Assembly: GCF_006345805.1 (NCBI RefSeq)
Contig: NC_043005.1
Span: 36,704,001 to 36,768,000, forward strand
DNA length: 64,000 nucleotides
Reading direction: 5' to 3'
Source: Octopus sinensis
Lineage: Eukaryota
In this document: positions 51,792 through 64,000 of the stretch, one piece after another
Layout of the letters: every line of letters starts with the position of its first letter
Position numbering within the stretch: position 1 is the stretch's first letter
Notes under the pieces: generated by a model
The model's input: the letters and a program-made list of their open reading frames with translations, nothing else
Database searches by the model: none
Told to the model about the DNA's origin: nothing
Translations under genes and position numbers: made by a program

Positions 51792-54495
51792 CATATACAT
51801 ACAAACATTTAAGTGGTTTTCAGTCAGGTTCGATGATGCGGGCTGTTGTCCGATAAACTGAATTACCCTATTCCACTCACGAGGCATGCGTCGCCCCAAG
51901 TCTATGGAAAATGGCATTCGTCCATGATGGCACAATCGAAATAAAATTTAGTTTCCAATCATTATGGAGAAGTAAATATAATAGATATCTCTACCAGTAT
52001 GTTCAGTATCAAACTAGATATAAACTATAGATATAGATTTAATAGAAATATAGGTAACTAGACAATTTGATTGATTGATCTAATGAGATCGATTGCCAAA
52101 TTGATCATTGTCTTCTTATTTGTTTCTTGTGCTTAAATTTATTCCATAACAAAGCACCAAGTTAGTAATAAAACCAAAAGTCTTCGATTTAATACAAAAC
52201 TCTTTAGCAAGTTATTCATCCATGCTGGAATTTGATGCAATTGTACAGATCATCGGACATGTATGAAGGGCTAAAAGTCATTGAGTGAAATTTGTCAACT
52301 ATCAACAGTAAAACCGAATACATTTATTCAACAAATTAGAGATTAACTAGTCAGTATCGAGTAGTTCCTCTGAGGTTTCTCGAAATGATCTTAAATGGAT
52401 GGTTTTCTTTCGATGCATATATAATTTCCTCTCTAGAGAAGACCAATCGACTAAACGCAATTGTTGTTTGTATTCAGTAACATTCTTTCTATGGTAGCTT
52501 GGACTGACATTTCCTCAATGAGGTCAGAGAGAAGATGTATGAAGCAGATTATGGTGTTGTCATGCAGCTAGAAGGCTGGTCTGTCAAAGCAGGAGAAGCT
52601 GAACAGGTTGATGACAGTTCAAAATTGTAAACTTTGAAATATATAACCAGAGTGAAGTACAGCTATGTAAGTTATATTCGGCAGCACATAATTTGAACAG
52701 GCAAAATTTGTAGACAAACTGTACAGATTTGTGTAGTTTATAGAAAATTAAATATGGGAAGTGTTTGATAAGATGGGTGAACAGAGAATTGCATCGCAAA
52801 GCATGAATATAGTGAATTAACCACGGAATTAGATTCAACAAAATTAAATACTGCAGATCAAGGAAAGTGGAAAATGGCTATGTCTGATTGGTTCGAAGAA
52901 GAAATTATTTGGGAACAAGATAAACTAGTTAGGGGCGCGTAACTATCCATTAATGCACAACGTAAAAGTTATTGGTGTTTGTGTAGTGAGTTTACTGATG
53001 TGTAAGAGACATTTGTTTGAATTTTGTGAAATATAAATTAGGAATATAATATCAGAAAATCCGGTGCACGCAACTGAAGCTTTATTAAATAAATAATATG
53101 AGTAATCCGTGTATCGTACATTGTATATATACCAATGATAAGCAAGCTGTTACAGTTTATGTCGGAGATAAAATTTCTTAGAAACATGCTGTGCTAAAAA
53201 AACATAACATAGATCGGAAAGAGACGAAAAGTTATCCCTGCTGCGGTTAGCAAGAAGGTCAAATGCATCATAGCCTTTTCTAGGATACGTTTACTCGCTA
53301 GCAACATGTTTAGACAAGATATGTCGTCTCCAGTTTAGAAAACAGATAATAATGCATTCACGTCTTCGACAAGGTCCAAGGTTAGTGAAATGCATTTAAC
53401 TTTCCCACTAGTCGCTGTCGAGAGGACATTTGTCTCCTTCCAATATAGATTTTAGTTTTTAACATAACATATGTATAAGAGATTTTCTCTTAGACGAAAA
53501 CTGCAGTGTCTTCTCTGTCAGTGCTGCATGTATTAGAAAGGTGGCTATTAAAATGACAGATTTTAAAATAAAGATGTAGAAAGTAAAAGTGAAAAACTAA
53601 CAACGAGAGATAGAAGGAATGATGAAATGAGGTAGAAGGTCTGGAGAAATGAGATAAGAACAAAATAGTTAGCGATCTCGGACTGAAAGTGAAAGAAAAT
53701 ATCTAGAAACAGAGAGAAAGGAACAAAACGATAAATGAAAGATATTGATAAATGCCGACAACCAGTCAAACAATAAGAAAGAGCAGAAACGTGGTCGGCG
53801 AAAATATAAAGATACAAATTCAGAGAGTGAGAGAGGGGAGAGAGAGAGAGAGAGGAGGGGAGGTAGAAACATATATAATAGTGAATTATTTTATTAATTA
53901 TCTAATTCATTGAATGTCATGCCTTCATTAAAATAAGGATGTAGAGGTTGCATAAAGAACTTGCTATAAGCAAGTTTTTATGAAGATCTAGCTGAGGGCT
54001 TGTGTTTATCACGAACTCGCTGTTAAGGTCAAACTTTTGTCAGAATTTTGCTATGGGCGGTCTTTTATCATGTTGCTACTAAGTTCAGGTCATTGTCGAA
54101 CGCTAGCAGATCGCTTGCGGTAAAATTAATGGAAAACAAGCTGAGATTCAATGTTTGCTGTGGTTATGTATTCCTTTCTCTATTATATTTTAAAGACTTA
54201 TAATAAATGAGATAATTGGGAAAATGTGAATGATGCTTTTGGGAATGGAGGGTGAAACAAGTGCAAATGTGTTCTTTCACATATGGAGATACACGAACGT
54301 GTATCAAGTGTATGTCTTAAGAGTGCATGTTTTCATGCAAACGTAGATATATTTACGCGTTCTTTTATATTAGACTGGATGTTACACACACGCACACACA
54401 CACGAACACATATATATGTATATATGTGTGTATTTATGAATGAGTATAAAAATGGGTGATTACATATAGTATATGTTTATATATATATATATATA

Positions 54496-54594
<99 letters not shown>

Positions 54595-54683
54595 GTATAT
54601 ATTATATATATATATATATATGTATATATTATATATATATATATGTATATATAAACATGTATATATATATATGTATATGTATA

Positions 54684-54715
<32 letters not shown>

Positions 54716-54717
54716 AA

Positions 54718-54749
<32 letters not shown>

Positions 54750-54825
54750 ATATATATATATATATATATAATATATATATATAATATATATATATATATT
54801 ATATACATTCATACATATATATATC

Positions 54826-54862
<37 letters not shown>

Positions 54863-54882
54863 ACATATATACGGCAATGTCA

Positions 54883-55105
54883 AATGGCCTTCACGTTCCC
54901 CAGACTTGATTAGTTCGGATTTTTCCTTGTCGGAATACCTGAAAGAGAGGATTTACGTCCACAAACCGGAGACCCTGGTACAACCGAAGGAGAACATCAA
55001 TAGAGAAACCAGAGAAGTGGGGTCTGAAACTCTTCATGATGTTATGGTGCAATTTTTGGAAAGAGCACTGTGTTTGCGAAGCCGAAAATGGCTGCTATTT
55101 AAGCT
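54883..55105 (+). mobile_element. Tc1/mariner-superfamily transposase C-terminal fragment
   Basis: WPSRSPDLISSDFSLSEYLKERIYVHKPETL matches the WPPRSPDL.P.DF.LWGYLK.VY motif. Confidence 0.8.
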
Positions 55106-55161
55106 ATGACACTTTTCATATGTTAGGTAGTGGTGTTGCAAAATTTGACTTATGAATATTA

Positions 55162-56058
55162 CGAGTTCTGACGAATAAGTATCTGGACTGTTGCCATAGT
55201 AACGAAGCCAAAGCACACAGAGTAAAGATGCTTGGCACAGATTGACCTTGACATCTGTTGTGCATGCGCACTAAGTTTTAACGTTGTAGTTTACTTCCGC
55301 TTTTTACAGCAGTGATTCGAAGTAACGTGTGTAATGTGATCGTCGCATTGACCATGACAGAGAAAGTTATCATGGCGATACCTTCTCAGAGGACTACGCA
55401 AAGTTGTAGAACGTATATGGAGAGGAGTGTATGAGCCGCACACAAGTGTACGAGTCGTTCAGACGTTTTCAAGTTGGCCGAAAAAATGTTGATAGTTGGC
55501 CGAAAAAATGTTGCAGGTCTGGGTGACCTGCAACCATCAAAACTGAGAAAAACATCGCAGATGTGCGTGCAGCTGTGAGGGGAAAATCATCGAATCACCA
55601 TCCGTGAGTTATCAGATGTACAGATTAGTTACAGTGCAGTTCAATCCATTATCACTGAAGATTTGGGTATGAGATGCATGTCTGCCAAATTTGTGCCTAA
55701 ACTGCTTTCAGCTGACCAAAAGACATTCGGGTTTCTGTTGCACAAAATCTCTTTGACAGTGTCGAGAACGATGAAAACTTTTTGAAAACTGTGCGTATGT
55801 CTCTGAGCAGTTATCGCTTTTGGCTAAATCTGATGCAGATTTTCTGTTCGACCCTCTCTGTCATGGTCAATGCGACGAACACACGCTACATACGTTAATT
55901 CCATGGACTGCTGTACACAAGAGAAGTGTGCTAGAACGTTAAAACTTAGGGAAGCTGCACAACAGAGTTCAAATTCAATCTGTGCCAAGCGGCCTTACTC
56001 TGCGTGCTTCAGCTTCGTTACTATGGCAACAGTCAGGATACATATTGTTCAGATCACG
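55162..56058 (+). mobile_element. Non-autonomous mariner with long inverted ends
   Basis: TA-flanked, with both ends sharing GACTGTTGCCATAGTAACGAAGC..GCTTGGCACAGATTGA..CTAAGTTTTAACGTT. The interior reads VYGEECMSRTQVYESFRRF..RITIREL..IITEDLGMRCMSAKFVPKLLS. Confidence 0.9.
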
Positions 56059-56089
56059 TATAAGATAAAGAGGTAGAGTATATATGTCC

Positions 56090-56135
<46 letters not shown>

Positions 56136-58029
56136 ATCTATCTATCTATCCATCCATCCATCCATCCATCTATCGATCCATTTATCAATCTACACATACG
56201 CACGCACACACACATACATACACACGCACACACACATACATACACACGCACACACACATACATACACACGCACACAGCACTATTCAGTCTATCATATCAA
56301 CACATCACTTCTTGTATCACGTAATAACGTTTCATTCTCGTCCTGTTTTCTCATTCCAAATTATTGATTTGTTTGTTGTCATGTATGTTCTTATTTTACT
56401 TGGTCAGAAAATAATTAAAGTAATAACCTAACTTCTGGATTGCTTCAGTATATTCTAATCCTCTATCTCTCCGATGTATTAATGTTTTTTACTAATGTCG
56501 TGTGGTTTATCTCGCAGTTATCCGGCACTTTAATATCCACAGCTGTTGCTATTACTCAGAATTGTTACCCGCTGGATATAGGAATTCTAATTGTTAAACT
56601 TCATTGTTATTGAGTAAACTAATATAGGTTCTCTGCTACAGGTGCCCTTTTAACGGTTCGAATGTAAAATAATTACAATTATGTATGTTTGTATATAGCT
56701 GTACATATTTACATATATATATAAGTATATATGTATATGAATATATACATATATATATATATACATATATATATGTGTGTGACAGTGTAAGTAGATACAT
56801 ACATATACGTACCTATGTGTGTATGTATATATATATACGTACATATATACACACATACATATATATGTATGTGTATATGTATATATTATCTATAGATATT
56901 TATATATATATCATGTATATATATGTGTATATATGTATGCTTACATATGTGAGTGTATTATATATATGTGTGTATATACATGTTATAGATATATATTATG
57001 TGTGTTTATATATACATGTGTATATATATGTATATATATATATATTATGTGTGTTTATATATACATGTATATATATATATATCATGTATATAAATTGTGC
57101 GTGTATATATATATATATGTATATGTATGTTATATATGTATAAATATATGTGTGTGTGTATATATGTTAGTATATTTGTATGTATGTATGCATATGTGTG
57201 CGTATTACATTTATGAGTAGCAAACGTCTAAACCTTCAACTGTATTTGAGGTAATTACATCTTGCTCTTTTTCTAACAAATTGTGTTATTAATTAAATAG
57301 ATATTTGATGTAACCAGTTGCTTATAGAACGTGTTATCGACGCTGCTACCTAAACCCTTTTTGACTGAGTGTTGTTTTTGACGATGTCGTGAAGTCGGTG
57401 GAAATATATAATAACGTTTGAATTCACTTTCACTGAAATCAACATGGAATTGTTGGTTAGATTCACCGGCATCTTTAGATCTTGGAGAAGATTAAGAAGA
57501 GTTCTAATAGTTATTCAAAGCGGTAAAAATATATTTCAGAAATGAAGTTCTGACTGACAGAGAGAGAGTAGTAAGAGAAATTATGCTTAGTGTTGTGCGT
57601 ATGTTCGAATGACAGAGAAGAAAGTGAAATGGCCCAGCGGTCAGAGTCTCCACCCGCGACCGTTAGGTCGTGGGTTCGGTATCTGGATGTAGTGGTGCAT
57701 TTTGTTCATGAGAATGGCACTTCATTTCACGGTGCTTCCGTTACTTCTATTGAAAAGTAGTTCCAACCTAGTGCTAGTGTACCTTCTCTCCCACCAACTG
57801 TCACATTCTGGATATTCCGCTGAGCAAAGAGGTCAGGAGATTGTTTATGTCAGTTCGAGTCTTCATTGGCACAAATAGTGAAAACAGTACAAACTATCAT
57901 GCAATAATCACTTACATATGATGGCTGTATTCATAATTGTATCTGCAGTTTCAATTGCCATCATTAATTGCTTTCTGTTTGCTGCTTCTGTCTCTGGTCT
58001 GTAGTTTTGCTTACAAAACTTTCAAAAGT

Positions 58030-58440
58030 GTTTTCAAAATATGTTGAGGCATCCGTTGCTGTTGCACTAGTGTTTCGGAGAAGGTAGGCTTTTAACTGTG
58101 GTGCAAAGAAAACAGAGCTGCAAGTATTCAAACACGAAATGCCTGTGTCAGTGAAAGTGAGTGACGATAAGTCGCTGAAGGTAGTTGGAATTTTCAAATA
58201 CCTTGGTGCATGGACACAAAGTAGTGAAAAAGACATCGTAGCAAGGAAAGCTCTTGCCTGGAGCGCATGCCATAACTTGAGAAAGGTAGGGAGTTCAAAG
58301 TTAGCAAGAAAATTGAAAGTGAGGTTATTTCTGGGCACAGTGGAGTCTGTTCTTCTATACAGGGCTGAAACATGGGCGCTCACTAAAGCATTGACGAAGC
58401 AGTTGGGCGGTTGTTATACGAGGGTGCTTAAAATGGCTAT
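58030..58440 (+). mobile_element. RTE-clade LINE fragment (end of RT/thumb region)
   Basis: ORF 58139-58471 reads FKYLGAW..DIVARKALAWSACHNLRKV..KVRLFLGTVESVLLYRAETWALTKAL..GCYTRVL; truncated by a SINE. Confidence 0.88.
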
Positions 58441-58704
58441 GTCGATTACATCGACCCTAATTCTGAATTAGTACTTATTTTATCGATCTCTAAGTGATAA
58501 AAGATAAAGTCGACTTCGGCTGAAATTAAATTTATAACGTAAAGACGGACGAAATGCTAGTCGATTAAATCGAACCCAGTACTCAACTGGTATTTATTTT
58601 AATGAACCCTAAATAATAAAAGGTAAAGTCAACTTCGACGGAAATTGAACTTAAGACGCAAAGACGGACAAAATGCCGCTAAACGATTCTGCCAGCTCGC
58701 CGCC

Positions 58705-58706
<2 letters not shown>
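58440..58706 (-). mobile_element. Two tandem SINE family B units
   Basis: The block TCGATTA..GTA.TTATTTTA..AAAGTC.ACTTCG.CGG/TGAAATT..AAAGACGGAC.AAATGC occurs twice and ends in GATTCTGCCAGCTCGCCGCCTT. Confidence 0.85.
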
Positions 58707-59610
<904 letters not shown>

Positions 59611-59614
<4 letters not shown>

Positions 59615-62460
59615 GGGTGAATCGAAGTAAAGTAGCTATCTCTGATAGTCCTTATTCTGCTTGTTCCTCAACTCCCGCCTCTCAAACTTCCCAGCTCAAC
59701 ATCGTCTATACCAACTCGTGCTCCTTATTTCCAAAGTTCAGCGAACTATTTACACTGGCCATGCGTGATTCGCTTGATGTGATAGCTATCACCGAGACTT
59801 GGCTGAATCCAGCAGTAAAGGACTCAGAAATCCACCTACAGGGCTACGCCCTCTTCAGATGTGACAGAGTAAAAAGGCGAGGTGGAGGTGTTGCTGTGTA
59901 TGTTAAATCTGATCTCAAACCGTCCAGCGCTATTCTACCCACTAATGCTCAACCTACAACAAAATTCGATGCCGCCTATTGCAAGCTGAGCCTATCCGGG
60001 TTTTGCCTGCCCGTGTTAGCTGTCTACAGGCCGCCTCTTGCCGACCCCCAGGACGATGCTCATTTACTCGAAGCGATAAGATTCGTTTCGGCTTCTCATG
60101 ACTGTTTGATATTAGGAGACTTCAACGCTCGATTGGCCCGCATCAATTTGTACATCATCTTCCCGGTTCGGCCAGGCCCTTCTTGACGTGGCTGAAGATT
60201 GTTTTCTATCGCAACATGTTGAATATCCGACAAGGCATCGGTTTGGCCAGCAGCCATCTATGTTGGATCTGGTATTCTCCCGCTATCCAAGATCAGTGTC
60301 AGACGTATCTGTGTGCGCCCCTCTTGCCAAGAGTGATCATGCGGTCCTGAAGTTCGCCATGCACACAACTTTTTCTACGCCCACGACTACTTCGCTGCCA
60401 CGTAGAGTCTTCTCTGCAATTAATCTTGAAATTCTAACCAAGGCTTCCGCGCTTCTGGACTGGCGATCCCTGATGACGTTGTCCTCAGTTGACGAACTAT
60501 GGTCATCCCTCAAAGCATATGTAATCTGGTTGACTGACCAGGCAGTTCCCGTTGGGCTTCCCGAGAAGAAGAAACACAAGCCCTGGGTGACGAAGAAGGT
60601 TAAACGAGAACTTCGACTCAGAGATATTGCTTGGGCTGAATTCAAAAATCTGGATTCGACTGCAGCTTTTGAGGTGTACAAAACTCAACGAGACCGAGCC
60701 GTGAAAATTGAAAAGGAAGAACGCTTCAGATACGAATACAAAATCGCGGCAAACGCCAGTAGCAATCCAAAAACCTTCTTTGCCCATGTCCAACGGAATT
60801 CCCGCTTGAACAACCAAATTGCAACGTTGGTAGACTCAACAGGCGTATCGATTGAGGACCCTAATCAACAGAGTCAATTATTTGCCGAGGCTTTTTCAAC
60901 TATTTTCAAACAAGATGATGGTCGTGAACCCTCTCCATTTGCTAGATCGGTACCTCCAATACTTCGATTGGTCATCACGCGGGACGAAGTCGAACGCGTT
61001 ATTCAAGGCCTCGATGTCAACAAGGGTCACGGCCCTGATGGCATACACCCATGGGTTATCAAAGCGTTGGCTCCGGTCATCTGCGAGCCCTTAACACGTC
61101 TATTCAATATGTCATTGGCAACGGGTGTTATACCTGCGGACTGGAGAACAGCGTTAATCTGCCCAATTTTCAAGAAAGGGAGCCTCGAAGACCCGCTTAA
61201 CTACCGACCGGTTTCCCTTACATCAATAATCAGCAAGATGTTCGAAACCATCCTTAAGAAAAGTATGATGCTCCACCTCCTAAACACAGCCTCTATCTCT
61301 GATTCCCAACAGGGCTTCGTGCCGAAGAGATCATGCTTGACCAACTTACTGGTAATAGAAGAATTGGTGACGCGCATCCTCGATGATAATGATGCTGTTG
61401 ACATCGTTTTATTGGACTTTGCCAAAGCTTTTGACTCGGTAAACCACCGCCTATTACTTGTCAAGCTTCAAGCATATAGTTTCCATCCGGATATTGTACG
61501 ATGGGTTGGTGCCTTCCTCTCAGATCGCGCCTTCCAAGTCCAAGTTAATGGTTCGCGGTCCGACGTCTCCAGTGCGAGCAGTGGCGTGCCTCAAGGTTCA
61601 GTGCTTGGGCCCTTATTGTTCTTAGTCTTCATAAATGACTTGCCCGACGACCTCACGCAACACACCCTTCTATTTGCCGACGATGTCAAACTGGTCGCTC
61701 CTCGCGGTAATATAGAGGATCTTCGTCGATGCCTCCACCAAATTTGGAGATGGTCTAACGAATGGGACCTGTGTCTGAACGTGTCAAAGTACTGTCATCT
61801 GCCTGTTGGCTCTCCTCCTGCAACTCAACTTGATTTCGAGCCGGGTCGTCTGCTGATCAGGTAAAGGACCTGGGTATCTTGGTGGATTCCTCCTTTTCGC
61901 CTTCGGCCCAGTGCGTCCATGCTGCCAACAAAGCACGCGGAATTCTGTCCTTGATTCGACGGTCATTCGGAATGCTCACAGCAGCCATATTCCTACCGCT
62001 CTATGTCACGCTGGTGAGACCCATATTGGAGTACGGGATTCAAGCCTCTTCTCCTTATCCCCTCAAAGACATACTGCATCTCGAAAGAGTCCAGAAGCTG
62101 GCTACCCGCATGGTTCTTGGTCTCAAGAATTTATCTTATGAAGAAAGGCTGAAGACGCTCGACCTTTATTCTCTAGAAAAACGACGACGCCGTGGAGATC
62201 TCATTCTTGCTCACAACATCATAAGCGGAAAGAGTAACCTCTCGAAAGAGCTGTTCTTTACTCCTGCTCCAGAGCGTCGGCTGCAGGGTAATTCCGAAAA
62301 GCTCTATCTGCGACGATTTCATCTCAATCGAAGGAGAGGAGCTTTCTCCGTCCGGGTTGCGGATCCGTGGAATAAGCTGCCAGACAAGAAGGTGAAGATG
62401 CCGACGACCGCTCGGTTCAAAGTCTCCCTTGACCTCAAGTGGCCTGAACTCTTTACATGA
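59611..62460 (+). pseudogene. CR1 ORF2: apurinic-like endonuclease plus reverse transcriptase, two frameshifts (about 60130 and 61855)
   Basis: Motifs ITETWL, GGGVAVYV, ILGDFN, SDHAVL, YRPVSLTS, DFAKAFDSV, GVPQGSVLGPLLFLVFINDL, LFADDVK, VKDLGI, LVRPILEY and RRRGDLI across ORFs 59611-60186, 60188-61864 and 61879-62460. Confidence 0.95.
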
Positions 62461-63577
62461 ACACCACCCTGTACATAACTCCATGTCCCCCTACATGGCC
62501 TTGCTTTTTGCTTTTTGAGCTAAAAAATTAACTAACTAACAACAACAACAATAATGATAATAATAATAATAACAACAATAATGATAATGATAATAATAAT
62601 AACAACAACAACAATAATGATAATGATAATGATAATAATAATACAACAACAATAATGATAATGATAATAATAATAACAACAACAATAATGATAATGATAA
62701 AAATAATAATAATAACAACCACAATAATGATAATGATAATAATAATAACAACAGCAATAATGATAATGATAAAAATAATAATAACAAGGATAATGATAAT
62801 AATAATAATAAGAAGAAGAAAAAGAATCAGTCAGTTTTGCTCAGTCAACGTACAACATCATTATCTCTCTTCGTTCAGGAATAATGGTCATGTCGTTCTT
62901 TTCGTTTGGTTGCTTATTTCTTTTCTGCCTTTGTTGATTTATACACACAGTCACACACACACTCACACTCTCTCCCTCTATGTCTCTCTTTCATCCTTTA
63001 CATCTCTCCGTTTCTTACTGGCTTTTATTTATTTGTTGATTTGTTTGATTTATGTTCCTCTGTTCAGCCATTTCTCAAACACTCTACTGTGATTGTCTTA
63101 CAATCGCTGATAACCTAACTTAAGTGTCATTTATTTTACTTTGCTTTAAATATATTTCATTTTTATTTTAAGTTACTTTAGAATTAGTTGTTATTTGGTC
63201 GACGACGTAGCGAAATGAATGTGTCTCTAATCTCCATCCTGTGTTTATACAGACAAATTTATGTGTGTGTGCGTGTGCGTGCGTGTGCGCGTGTATGCGC
63301 GTGTATGTTCGTGTGTGTATTTGCACGTATTTATGAGTGCATGAGTTTATTTCCATAAAATACACATAAATATTTATGTAAGCACCTATGTATGTCTACA
63401 TGTATACAGGCACACATATATGCATGTATATATATATATATAATATATATATATATACATTCGTATGTATGTATGCATGCATGTATATATATATATATAT
63501 ATACATACATATACATATATATGTATTATGTAAGTATATATATAATACATATGTATGTATATATATGCATACATTTT

Positions 63578-63630
<53 letters not shown>

Positions 63631-64000
63631 GATAGAGAGAGAGGCTCGGGTTTCTTTCATTTACTATAGACAATTTCTTCATACAAATGGCTTTTCTGTC
63701 CGAATTTTTACTTATATTTGAATATACGTTACGCTGTTGATATTTTTTTCCGTCTTTTTTAAAGTTCTATTTTATCTGATAATTTTTATTTCTGTGTATT
63801 TTTTCTATTGTTAGCACAACATGGCTTTTAACAAAATACTCTCAGATACACATATATCATGTGTATATGTGTCGAAGCACAGACACTTAATAACATGTAC
63901 ATATAGAAAGCAAGAGACGTATTGTATATGTGTTTTACTATGTGTATGTATGAACGAAGTTTATAAACCAGTACGTGTCGGTATATACAGAAATATACCA

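Noticed and set aside
52500-52920. Coding-looking purine-rich stretch, possibly an RTE C-terminus or an exon
   Set aside because: Multiple stops and no diagnostic motif.

Overview
This is AT-rich, microsatellite-saturated eukaryotic non-coding DNA. The repeat families look like octopus/coleoid cephalopod repeats, but that is an inference from recalled SINE sequences, not a database result. I found no host protein-coding gene, rRNA, true tRNA or CRISPR array, and almost all ORFs in the track are translations of (TA)n, (CA)n, (AAT)n or (TTC)n repeats. The window is mostly transposon remains: a near-complete CR1-type LINE (58963-62540) whose ORF2 has only two visible frameshifts; R4/Dong-like, RTE and Tx1-like LINE fragments; Penelope-like pieces with a GIY-YIG remnant and minimal hammerhead ribozyme motifs; several Tc1/mariner relics (DD34D, DD37D and a fold-back derivative); hAT and mariner MITEs with target-site duplications; and three families of tRNA-derived SINEs. 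The most unusual structures are the hammerhead motifs, a perfect palindrome with 75-bp arms (49992-50146), a nested inverted-repeat complex (37064-39948), a mariner with two 5' ends (55162-56058) and a near-identical 639-bp tandem duplication. I cannot support a wholly new biological system from the sequence alone; candidates are ranked below with tests.
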